This document shows, piece after piece, positions 1-11,530 of a stretch of 64,000 nt of DNA. Position 1 is the stretch's first letter, and each line of letters starts with the position of its first letter. Position numbers and translations under genes: made by a program. Source of the stretch: Podarcis melisellensis (lineage: Eukaryota); assembly GCA_964234715.1 (NCBI GenBank), contig OZ174276.1; one strand, given 5' to 3'. The notes beneath the pieces are model-generated. The model saw nothing but the letters and a program-made list of their open reading frames with translations. It was not told the origin of the DNA and searched no databases.

Positions 1-1807
1 CTAATTAGCAAATAAACTACAAAAGATCCTAATCACAGTTCTTCCAGGTCAAGGCTGGTTTGGACCTTAGAATGCATTCATTTCCCAGAAGCAATTGATG
101 CAGTGGTATTTCCCTGGTAAATTTCCAAGGTTGTGGGAAGCAGGGGTGGGAGGTCTGGAGCACACTTTCTGTTAGTTGTGAGACTGAGGCAAGATGGAGG
201 ATAGCCTAAGAGGATCCAACAACTGTCCAGGACACATTTACCACATTTGCTAAACTCCTTCAAATATCAGAACAACAACAAAAAAGCAAACCCATTTACA
301 GACAGCTCTGCATTACCTTTAGCCATCATCCAGTGAGTGAGGAGAAATGAGGCTGGACCACATGGTTATGCTATTGTGATAGATACTATTGGCTGGCAAT
401 CTCACATCCCCAAATGGACCTTTTCTCACTTTTTTGTTACATTTGACATAGAATAATGAATCAGAGACAAGTTTAGTCACATTTATCAGATGGGATGGCA
501 GTGTCTTTGCACTTTATAATCTGGAGCAAATATTTCTGTGCTTTTTGCAGTCATTTTGCCGCTCTGAAACTCTCCAGCTCCTCACAGAAAGAAATGTGTT
601 CTCAAAGACCTCAACAGGTGTGCCAGGCTGGCTCTGAAGCGGAGCTATCTATCCGTGTGCTCCTGACAGATTGTTGCTTCCAAAGCATCATCAGTATTGA
701 TTCTCTATAGTGGTTGCAACAAGCTGGTCTGGTGCTCAGCCTATCAAAAGGAAACCCCTTCAGCCTCCACCCTTCCTAATTTTAGCTTTGTCAGCTTGCC
801 AGCAAGTTTCTACAAAAGATGGGATGCTCATAGTAATCCACTGTATTTGCATGTTCCTCTCCCAATAACCAGAGAAAGTTTAAAGGCCCCAACCTAAGAG
901 AAGCCTGAATCACAGAACACACAGCCACCTTTGTTCTGCTAATCACTGCAGACACATTCCAGCCCTTATCAACTAGTGAATATTAATAATTCATAGAGCG
1001 CCTAAGAAGATTACATCAGCTTTCTGACACATACCACACATACCATGTCCTGTTGTGCCAGCCATCTGTCACTATCTCAAAAGCTGAAGCAACAGAGAAG
1101 GATTTCAAGTCCCATCCCTCCACAGGTTTTTTCCTCTCAGTCTCAGTCTAAAGAGCTAAATACATGCTTTACTGTAGGTTGGAAATGTTCAAAACCTTTT
1201 CCAGACAATTAATTGCCAAAGGCGGAAACCAACTTTCCAGATTGAAACAAGGTCACACCTGCCATTTACTTCCACTCAGCATCCCATAATTACAAATCAA
1301 AGAAACGTAGCAGTCAACAAAGACAGAGGCATTTCACGAAGAGATGCTCAAACATTCCAGGCCATCTCTTGAACTGTTTAAGAGTAATGGTGGTGGCCGA
1401 GAAGCTGCTGTACCCTGAGCATGGCTGGCCTGCCGCGATCCTTGTATAAAGTGATCACAGAACAATATTGCCTCTGCATATCTTGAAAACAATTTCCACA
1501 TTTTGTGATCAGGCTCCCGAAGCGAAGGAAAATGCACGACTCTCCTCCCTTTGCCTTTCTTCCACGTGGACACTTGAGGCCCATGTTGACAGAATATCAG
1601 ATGTAGAAGCCCACATTTTGCATAGTACAGACAAGCAATACAAAGCAAGGAATGGGAAGGCCAGGAGAAGCTAAGCTGCCTTCCAAGAATTAACAGGACC
1701 CAGGAGATGTTAGAAGGAATGCCATTTTAAAAACAACAACAACACATATGATTAGAAGGACCACCCCTCCCGCGCTGATTGTAGGTAAGAGGAAAGAGAG
1801 CACTCAC

Positions 1808-1855
1808 CTCCCTGTTTACTTCTGTCAAGATAGATTGAAACCCTTCGGGCCAGAC
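1808..1855 (-). CDS. RPTOR: Putative RPTOR cassette exon ('28b'), 48 nt, (G)LARRVSIYLDRSKQG
   Basis: Acceptor ctgtcttctcacag, donor GAG|gtgagt; length divisible by 3, open in phase 1 matching exon 28; long pyrimidine-rich upstream tract with branchpoint-like motifs. No transcript evidence. Confidence 0.72.
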
Positions 1856-2932
1856 CTGTGAGAAGACAGGGATTAAGGGGTTGATGCTAAGGGTAAGTTG
1901 GTCAGCCAAAGCAAAACAAATCTTAAAAAAAGGATTAGGAAAAGCAACCCAAAAGGAACAGAAAAGAACACAGTTAGAGAGAAGCAGTAGCGGCAGAGAG
2001 GCCTCCATTCAGGGAAGGAAGGAAGGAAGGAAGGAAGACAAGTAGGTTGATCACAGCAGCCATCCTAGGAAGCCATTAGCCATGAGGAGGAAAGCAAGAC
2101 CGGTCTTCTTTTGCTCATGTGCACAAATCCCACTCAGAAGGGCCCTGCTATACTCTATCTAGAATGAAAGGCACCTCGCTGTCAGTGGAAGAGTGAGAAA
2201 TGAAAGCTGCGCTCCAAATGACCCCTCACCAAAGAAAAACCTACAAAGAAACCCAACACCCTGTGAGGGGAGAGGTGAATCCAAACAGCTAAGCGATGTG
2301 CTGCTCAGGCCTCACTGAGCCACCAGCTCAGCTGTGAAACAATACAGTAGGCAGCACACTTCAATGATTTGCTAATGAGCACTCATTCAGAGAGGAAGGA
2401 CAATTTACAGAGGACTCTGCTCAAACAACTGTTTAAGTGGGGGAAATTAGCAGTACAAGGGGATTCATTTGAAGTCATCAGGAAGAAGGCTGGATAATGA
2501 GAGGAGCTGCAGGGTGGCGGCAGCAGCTCAGTTGTTAAGGACAGGGCAGCTTAGGCACATGCTGAGCCTAGCTGCCCTTGGTTTGCCCAAGGAACTCTAG
2601 AAAGAGAACCTGCTTGACCTTTCCCAGGGCAGGACTTGCAAAGGCCACTCTCAAACACCATGGCTCACCTTTAAAACAAGCCCCAAAACTGGCAGGAAGT
2701 AAAGCAGTGGTGATGGATGCCCGCAAAGAGGTCAGAGATGCACTAGTTGGAGGTGACAGCCCATTCTCTCCATTGTAAGGCATCACTTGCTCTGTACGGT
2801 AGTCTGAGAGCACCAGCCAGAGTCCTTTATTTATTTACATTTATATGCCACCTTTTTTCTCCTTGGCTAGATGGACTGCCTATCTGACCTCAGGGAAAGA
2901 TGTTCCTTATGCTGTTGCTTTTCCTTTCTCTT

Positions 2933-3162
2933 CAGTGTGGTGTAGTGGTTAAGAGCGGTAGTCTCGTAATCTGGTGAACCGGGTTTGCGTCTCCGCTCCT
3001 CCACATGCAGCTGCTGGGTGACACTTCTCTGAAGTCTCTCAGCCTCACTCACCTCACAGAGTGTTTGTTGTGGGGGAGGAAGGGAAAAGGAGGTTGTTAG
3101 CTGCTTTGAGACTCCTTAGGGTAGTGATAAAGTGGGATATCAAATCCAAAACTCTCTTCTTC
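2933..3162 (+). mobile_element. tRNA-derived squamate SINE with (TTC)-rich tail (Squam3-like)
   Basis: A-box TGGTGTAGTGG, degenerate B-box, gctgggtgac core and tcttcttct tail. Family name tentative. Confidence 0.72.
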
Positions 3163-5501
3163 TCTCTTCCTAATTCTAACTGGTAATACACAGGATGTGG
3201 TTATGCTGATGTGAACTACCATGTCCTTCCCCTACCAGTCTACAGTCTGACCTAGGAGCCTGCATTATGCTTTCTGTTAAACCACTCATCTTAAACATCC
3301 TCTTTGTAAAAAAGAAAAGAAAAAGGTCACTCTGCCTATTCCATGTGAAACCTCGCATGCAATCTACACAAACCAGGACCTTTTGAAATAGTGTCTGAAA
3401 CCACAAAACGGACACCTGTGGGAGTAGCATCCTCTCAGGAATCACCTTGAGACTGTAACCTACTGAAGCACTAACTTGCACAAGGCTTGCCCTGCATTTA
3501 TATCTTTCACATTTCCCCATGTCACCCTTCTCACTGGTTCAACTGCAAACAAAACCATCTAAAAGAGAACCACTCCACACACAAAGAAAATCCTGGAGAA
3601 TTAAGGGGCTTGCTTAGTCCTGGTCCATCTCTTGCTATGAGGAACAGACCAAGTCAGAATGACAAATCTGCTTGGCCAAAACAGCCAAGTGCTGAATTTA
3701 TTCGGATGTTCATTTCAGCAACTGCCCCCACCTCCTTCGGAGTGGTACAATATGAACTGCGCCTGCACTATTTCTGGTGGTGCCTGGGTGCTTTCATTAA
3801 AATGGTCATTATATCAACACCAATTCAGCACCGACCTAGAGCTGACTCATAATAATGTGCATAGATTCTGTGGTTCCCTCCACCCCCTGCCTGATTCTCT
3901 AGTGCTCACACAGCTGTTCTAATCTTCACATGATCCAAAATATTACGACTTTGCATAATGTGAAATTTGCTCCTGTCTTTCTTAGACCTAATCCTTTAAC
4001 TTTTAGATGGACAGTGAATGTATTTGGTGGATTTAAGCCAGGAAAGGGCATAACCAATGCTAAGGAAAAAACCTGTTTGCTGTTGCAGAACAAAGTCAGT
4101 ACAGAGCTGAAGCCTTTGAGTTTCCTATATATAGGCACATGAATGTTTTGCTGGAGAATTACACACACTTTTATAAGATTCCTTTCCTTCCATCCCTCTT
4201 AATCCACTCCAGCCTGTTCTTCACAAATGAGAAAGCTTGCACAAAGAGGTCAGGTCCACCCACTCCTTTAAGTGTGTCCTCTGCTCCTGCTGTTCATTCA
4301 ATCCCCTTGTGAGGTCAGTGACCCATTTTTCATCAAGATGATTACATCACCAACTGAGGATTAGAAGATGGAGGAGAAAGATGGAGGAAAAACAACCAAC
4401 AGCAAAGGATGCTAAAATTCAGGTATCATTCCACTAGCATGTAAAAAGAGGAAGGAAGAGGAAGCACCATACAGAAAATCGAGGCCACAAGCACAATGGT
4501 CTCAGAGAGACAGGAGTCAGATTACAGCCCTGTGCCAAACTGCACCAGCAGTCTCCACAGCAAAGGCCAGCACTTCTAACAACAATCTCATTTCTACAGA
4601 GGACTCATTTAATTCACCCTGCACCTTTGCACAGAGTGAATTTAACTAACCCTCTAATTCCCGCAGCAATATGCATAGGTAGTAACAAAATCAAGGACCG
4701 AAAGAGAAATTTAATAGTTCTGTAAAGGAAGCACAATCACTCTCCCTTAGTGCTGTTTCTTATTCACCGAAATAGTGAGGAAATTACCGGGAGAAAATCC
4801 AAGCCATAGTGGAAATCAGAAACAACAGTCACAAGGGACCTGGGCAACTCTTCTCTACAGAAATCATTTGCTCATGCTATAGAAAAGTGTGAAAAGGGGA
4901 TGACCAGGAACAGCTGATCTTTACTATCAAAAAACAAACCATTGCCCATTACCCAGACTAGGCTGCATCTGTAAATCAATGCTTCATGGGTATATTTTTT
5001 ATGTCAACATGTTGGTTGGCTCTGCTTTCATTACTCTTACACATTTTATTTTTTTATGATGCCTGAATGTTATTTAAAAGGAGTTGTTACATGGGCAGGT
5101 TTTTCTTGTCTTCTCATCTTTTGAACTGCAGCCACAGACAACAGCAGTGGCAGACACTTCAAAGGAAGAGCCAAGGATACAATTGGATTTGACTGCACAC
5201 ACCAGCCTCTGCTGGAGTCCAAGGGTTAAGGCAACATTTTATTGAACTGAATCAATGAAATGCCACTTCTCTTCAGCCTCAAACTTTTTTTTTTGTTGTG
5301 ACTCAAAACAATAAAAATGAATTATTTTAAGAGAAGAGATGATAGCTAAACAGAGTATATTTTTAGCCAAAAACGGTCACTCTCATTCAGAATTTATAAC
5401 AAAGGGCTTATAGGCTATTAACATCAGAACTGAGGTATCAGAGTACATAAATATATATCAAGTTGTGTCCATGTGATAGCCTTATCTTAAACCTTTTAAA
5501 G

Positions 5502-5638
5502 CAGGATTAGGGAACCTGTGACCCTGCAAACGTTGATACACTACAACTCCCATCATCCCTGAACCATTGGTCATGCTGGCAGGGGCTAATGGGAGTTGAA
5601 GTTCAACATTAACTGGAAGGCCACAAGTTCGTCACCTA
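5502..5638. mobile_element. Palindromic hAT MITE
   Basis: ctacaactcccatcatccctga...tgggagttgaagt core; TSD (t/c)tttaaag. Confidence 0.72.
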
Positions 5639-5655
5639 CTTTAAAGGAATTACAC

Positions 5656-5778
5656 TAAGGTTACCAGATTTTTTTCAATGAATCTGGGGACACCTTTCAA
5701 CTTCAATGGATTTTGTATGGGGACTGATTTGTAAATCCAGGGACTGTCCCCGGGAAATGGGGACGTCTGGTAACCTAA
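5656..5778. mobile_element. Short hAT (Blackjack-like) non-autonomous element
   Basis: TIR aggttaccaga/tctggtaacct, 8-bp TSD aattaca(c/t), gggac/gtccc internal motifs. Confidence 0.7.
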
Positions 5779-6183
5779 AATTACATGGGTTAGAAAACTA
5801 CATTTCCAGTTTAACTTACTGATTGTTGAGAGAAGCAATGCATTGGCTATCAGACTATGAGTGTCTTAGACGAATATTTTCAAAATTTAGTTATGAACTT
5901 TGCTTGTCTATTTTTGTGAAGCAAAATGTAACACAGGATTTATCCCACTTTCTTTGGACTTCAAAAGCCAGCTCTCAAATATTATTGCCAGCGTTGGACA
6001 CAGTATCATTAATATCAGCCTCCAGCAAACTGGTGCCCTCTACATGTTTTGCACTACAGTTCCAATCACCCCTAAGCCTTGGCCACACTGATTGGGGATG
6101 ATGGGGTTGGCTGCTTTATACGTATTCAATTTAAATTAGCCTTTTTGCTTAGTGCATTTGTACTTGAACTATTTGCTAATGTA

Positions 6184-6187
<4 letters not shown>

Positions 6188-6225
<38 letters not shown>
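6188..6225. repeat. (TG)n microsatellite
   Basis: Seen directly. Confidence 0.95.
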
Positions 6226-6226
<1 letters not shown>

Positions 6227-8106
6227 CACAAACCTTACAAGTATGCTAAAGTTAAGATAATTTCTTTCTAGATTTTCTGACTGCAAATTCTGGATAAATT
6301 CATTGGTTTCGGTGGGGATAAGTAATAAAAATAACAGAAAAATGGGAGAAGAGTGTGTAGTGGAGCATAAGGAAGTCTAACAAAGTTCTAATTTCTCCTA
6401 CGATGACTAATTCAGTGCTTGTTTTGATTGATACACACACACACACACACACACCACGCTAATATTTTTGGTGTGCCTACTTTGCCCCAAGCAGCACATA
6501 TTAAGTCTACCTACTGGGTAATCCAGCACTGGCTATGCTGATTCTCAAATATGTGCTTTCAAGATGCTTTAGGGTGACATGTGCTTAATGAACATCAAGT
6601 AAGCTTTAAAGCTTGGTAAAGGGACTGTGAAGACAAGACCTGGAGAGATCAACAAGATTTGACTTTGGTACTCTACTCTCCACCCAAGGCAGCAGAGGGA
6701 ATACAAGAACCGCAAGATAAGCATCTTTTAGCTGCTTCCCCATTGCTCTTATTGACAATATTCCTGTAAATGGCAGGATTTCACTCACAGCAATGTTTAC
6801 AGCAGACATCTAACTTCCCATACTTTATGATCGGTTCTGTGCACATTACAGAAGCTTGGGTTTGCAGCAGCTGCACCTCAAATTTCAGGCTACCTGGCCC
6901 AAAAGGAAGAGGAACAGAATCACCGTAATATTCTTTCCATGGAAAGAACCAGAGGAAGGTCTGTCAAAGTTTTAAGATCTGAGTGAGGCATCGTCTGTGA
7001 ATTCCAATGAATAGCTAGAAGGCACATTATACAGGAAAAGCAGGGCAATGTGAGGGAGGAAGAGGACATTAAAGGAAAACATGTAGGCAGCGCTACTGAA
7101 ATGTAAAATTCTTAATGTTCAAAGGGCAGAGATTTTTATTTTGACGTGTCAAACCACTATCACTTACTAGCTATGCCAGCACAAATATTTTAAAGGGAAT
7201 GCAAAGTGCTGGTTTAGCAACAGGAAGTTTTCGAATAAGCGGTTGTCAGGCTTCAGTGCTGAGATGCACAGGTTCAGAAATGAGAACTGTCAGAGCATTA
7301 ATGACTCCTCGTGTCTTGGAAGCAGAGCAAGTATCCTTCATTATCCCATCTGGTATAGTGGTTTTTTTTGGTCACCTAACACTGCACCTCAGTCTCTCAG
7401 CCGGGCTTGTTAAGTGATGGGTTTCTTGTTGACACCTAACCCTGCCTGGATTCTCAACATGTTCGGGACACTCAAATCTATCTGCACTACCATCTTGTAA
7501 ATGTGACGTTTTCACTTGACTTTCCATCCTCCCTCCACAATGAACAGCAGGAAATACTGCAAGCGGTGTGCCCAAGTCAAGGCAGGCTGAGCAAGGTAAT
7601 ATGGGAAGCATGCAGAGCTGGGGCAAAAGGGAACAAGCAAACAAACAAACAAAAAAAAGGATAGTGGCAAGAGGTGAGTTTTTGGGGTAAAACCCCAAAG
7701 TGAGAGGAGGAAACCAGCTGCAATAATGAGTCCAAGGAAGGGCAGTGCTTAGAAAAGCCTCACACAACAATTCTCTATCTAGAAGCAAAAAAGTTAGATC
7801 TGACCTCCAGTGATGAAACTCCAGCGCAGTCCAGGAAGAGAACTCACCTGTACTCCTCTGTTCAGCACTATGAAAAAGATTGCATCTATTCCCCATCTGG
7901 CATCTCTGCTTAATCTTACATTTATTATTTGTTTTTAAAGTATTGCAGGGCAGAAATTTCTCACCGGCTCCATCAAGACCAAAACATTGTTAACAAGGTA
8001 TTACTATAGACAGTGAAGACCACTCCATGTTACCTAACCCTGTTCCAAATGATGGCAAACTACTTTTGCCCCTTCAAATCTAGATAGAATGCTAGGTCAT
8101 ACCTAC

Positions 8107-8211
8107 CGCGTGTTGTTGGTAGCATGTCTGACAAGCCCTGCCAGGCCGTTACCATCTCTGGGTTCTTCTCCAGGTCAGCAAAGTTTTTCCACACCCTTAT
8201 AGCACCATCAT
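8107..8211 (-). CDS. RPTOR: RPTOR coding exon (~exon 28), 105 nt, (D)DGAIRVWKNFADLEKNPEMVTAWQGLSDMLPTTR
   Basis: Acceptor ttcaag (AAG), donor gtaggt; ends in phase 1. Confidence 0.97.
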
Positions 8212-10472
8212 CTTGAAGGAGTGACAGAAAGAAAACTATAAGGCAATTCAGCTCAGAAGGGTAATTTTGATTTTGAATTGGACGATCGCTGGGTGCAAAT
8301 AGCATCTTACTGTGTACTCTATGCTGTCCATGAATGTAACAGTTCTGCAGCATCCACACAAAACTGCTCTCATCAAAATGCCACCCCACATTTCCCCCCA
8401 TTTAATCTGGATTTACCTGTTCTGTGGAAATTCTGATAGGTTAAAAAAAGGAGAGGAAAAACAATCAATCTGGATTAAATAGGGGGAAATAATATGGGGT
8501 TGCATTTTGATGAGGATGAGACTGTATGTGCCCTGCAGGAGCAACACAGAGTTTCCAATAACTGCAATGTGGAAACACCCACTGAGAGTTATATTACAAG
8601 AAGAGATGGGGACTGGATCTCCCATTGGTGTAACAGTAGCCACTAAAGGCAGGGGGAAAGGATCTAGGTTGCGTTGCAGCATTAAGGTAGGTAGGTTAAA
8701 GTTTTATCCATGAAACACTTTCCTAAGAAATATTCTCCCAAACCATTATTTGCCCTATGGGCAAAACATATAGGTACCATACAGGAAGCTCCTTTTGATT
8801 TTAAATTAGAGGCACACATTATGACAAAACTGGATAACATGTAATATAAAGATTGTGATGGCTTTCTATTTTATTCATTTCCTCGAAGTGTTCTTTTAGT
8901 GTGTTTTCCCCCTGAAAATGAGCAAGGATCTTATGAATGATTCTAGCCTGGCATGGCAATCTTTAAGACCAGTCTGCTTGCAGCACCTTATTTCTCCAAA
9001 CCTTCATCTTATTTGTTGCTCCCTCTTGTCATTCAGCAAACATTTCCCCCCACTGTTTATGGGAGTAATGCTTTAGCTGTATCATAGTCCGTTGGCCCAA
9101 TTTTCCTTATTAAGTCAAACACTACAGCAATAAAAAAAATCCAGCTGTTTAAGGAAACAGGGAAAACAGCACTTTATGCTGCTGCTGCTACAACAGCATA
9201 TAGCAGCACATGTTTTATTAGTATATATACTTGAGACTAGACAGGAACATTGAAGATGCTCTAATCTAAAAATAGTACCGTGCTCACTCCCCACCATCCC
9301 CATATCTATCTGTAGAGGGACTACTGAAATGGAGGTATTATAGCAAAACATTTCAGCTTCCACTTTCTTCACCAGCTCTCATATAAATCAAGGGTGCTAT
9401 AGTCAAGGTGGTAAGATGACTACAGCACTCTTTGACTGACACGAGAGTCAAAGGGAGCCACAGAAGGCAGAAGCCAAAACATTTTGCCTTAATATATCTG
9501 TTTCAGTAGTCACTGTAATAAATAAATGGGATTAACTGTATCCTTCCAAGCAAATTTGTCTGAAGTGCTGTTTTGATGCAGTTTTTTTGTTTTTTTAAAG
9601 TCTCTGTCTCTCTAAATTGGTGATAGCAGCAGTATTCAAACATGGTTAATGAAGATAGACTCAGTAGTTCAGCTTCTTCCTGCTTGTTATGGACAAAGCT
9701 TTATTCATTAACTGTATCATATACTTAGTTCATGGGAGCCTGGAGTTCATGGGAGCCTGGAGTCTTGCTTATGCACTCAACATTAGTGTTGTTCACTAGC
9801 ACAACAATGATATGCTTAGGAAAAATATGCTGGGCAATAGACTGCACAAAATAATGCTGCTTTTGGAAGGGATTGTCACATAGCACAATATTCCTGAAGA
9901 CACACCCTGCAAGAATAATGGTCTCTGGAGATTACTTTAACTGTTAACCCGGCCTGAAGTCCTATGGAGCAGAGGATTACTCTGGAGTTGTGATGGCCAA
10001 AGAAAGTGCACAGGGGTTAAAACTGGTGGTTAGGATTCCTGACGTCAGGATGAGAAAAACTGGTATGAGGGAACAGGCTAGTGCTAGACTGTCCCGATTC
10101 CCAAAGCTTTTTCCGAACTTGGGATGAAATGAAGGTGAGGGCAACAGACATGGTGAGAGACAGCTCACAGGGAGATTCTCAAACAGAGAAGCTCCAGTGT
10201 GCTTGAAGAGTTTTGTGAGTGACTCAATAAGTTTGTTGGCAGGATGCACTGAAGAAAGTGCAAAATAAAAGGCTATGGAAGTTTTCACTCTTGGTTCAAA
10301 AAAATACAACCTTTATTAAAAGGTGGTCCCTTTACTAAATCAGATGAATAAAATAAGGAAGCATGTATAACAATACACCTCTGTGTGACTGAAATGCAAG
10401 ATGAGGTCCATAGACAGAACAGAAAACACTTTCTTAGCCCTCCCTTAAAAAAAATAATGAGGCCATACCCAC

Positions 10473-10597
10473 CTGTAGCAGTCAGGAGCAGAGAATAGTC
10501 TTGTCCATTCAGATATTCCATGGCGGTGATCCTTGTGTAGCGTGGGTTCCCATTGTGAAAATAGTCCAGCTTTTCTCCCTTTTCCCAATCCCAAAAA
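10473..10597 (-). CDS. RPTOR: RPTOR coding exon (~exon 27), 125 nt, (C)FWDWEKGEKLDYFHNGNPRYTRITAMEYLNGQDYSLLLTAT
   Basis: Acceptor tcccag after a poly-C tract, donor gtgggt. Confidence 0.97.
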
Positions 10598-10939
10598 CTG
10601 GGAAAGGCGGGGGGGGGGGAGGGAAACAAATAGGTAAGTTGGATTCAGGTTCCAAGTGGATTTAAGTTCCCAGGATAAAAAAAAAGTTATTCTATACACT
10701 GGCTCCAAACCAAATGTATTCCTCCAGCCCACCCACCCCATTTTGAGTATTTAACAACTTTTGATTAATGTCTCTTCATTACACCTCCGGCTTCCACAGA
10801 GAAAGTAATAAGGCTGAAATTCTATTAGCAGGGTCTGTAACAAATCCAGGCACAACAAGATGACTGAATGTATGAGGCTTTTGCTTAGCAGCAAGAACAG
10901 GGCACCAGCTCAAGGGTGTTTAAAATGCCAGTGCCTTAC

Positions 10940-11054
10940 CAGATGCTGTCCTTGTCAGCCACCGCTATACATGGGGTGAATGGGTGAAACTTGACCACTG
11001 ACGGCATGCCAGGGTTCCTGTTCAGGAAGATTTGATCATCTAGTCGTGAAATAC
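10940..11054 (-). CDS. RPTOR: RPTOR coding exon (~exon 26), 115 nt, (G)ISRLDDQIFLNRNPGMPSVVKFHPFTPCIAVADKDSI; WD40 start
   Basis: Acceptor ccctag, donor gtaagg. Confidence 0.97.
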
Positions 11055-11099
11055 CTAGGGGGAAAAGGAAGAGAGAGAAAACATGAATAGTGGTATCAG

Positions 11100-11530
11100 G
11101 ACCTCTCAAAATGCCAGCCACCCTGAGCCCTAAGACTGGCAGGAAAGGTCCTATCAGTAGGACTGCCAATATATGCTGTCTGAGTGGCATTAACTCATGA
11201 GAAGGCCTTCTCCTGCTAGTGGTTTTCTCTTTGTGGAATGCCCTCCCTCGGGAGGAACATCTCCCTCCCTCATTAGTAACTTTCAGTAGGGACTTAAAAA
11301 TACTCCTGTTTACCCAAGTACCTGATTGCTGAAAGACTGTTCATGGCAAATTTAAAATTATTAAGCTGTAAGGATATGTGATTGCTTTATGTTTTAAAAT
11401 ATTTTAAATTGCTTATAAATATGTTTTATTTTTATTATATTGTTTTAGCACTTTGGTGTGTTTTTTGTTTGCTCTGGGTTCCTTTGGGAGGAAGAGCGGG
11501 GTAGAAATGTAATAAATATTCATAATCATA
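11100..11530 (+). mobile_element. L2-type LINE 3' end fragment
   Basis: ggccttctc...tgtggaatgccctccct motif, T-rich 3'UTR, gaagagcggggtagaaatgtaataaat tail. Boundaries approximate. Confidence 0.55.

Noticed and set aside
1727-2008. 93-aa ORF with a hydrophobic, signal-peptide-like N-terminus
   Set aside because: It is the polypyrimidine tract and wrong-frame read-through of the 48-nt cassette exon.
4260-4333. Strong-looking acceptor (ttctaatcctcag) in intron 28
   Set aside because: Stop codon in the phase-1 frame and no convincing donor.
1-8106. Canonical RPTOR exon 29 (GAGMVVDWEQETG...)
   Set aside because: Not found by eye in this interval; presumed to lie beyond the left edge rather than lost.
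9729-9763. 17-bp tandem duplication (similar ones near 43238-43271 and 55707-55746)
   Set aside because: Ordinary slippage duplications with no sign of function.
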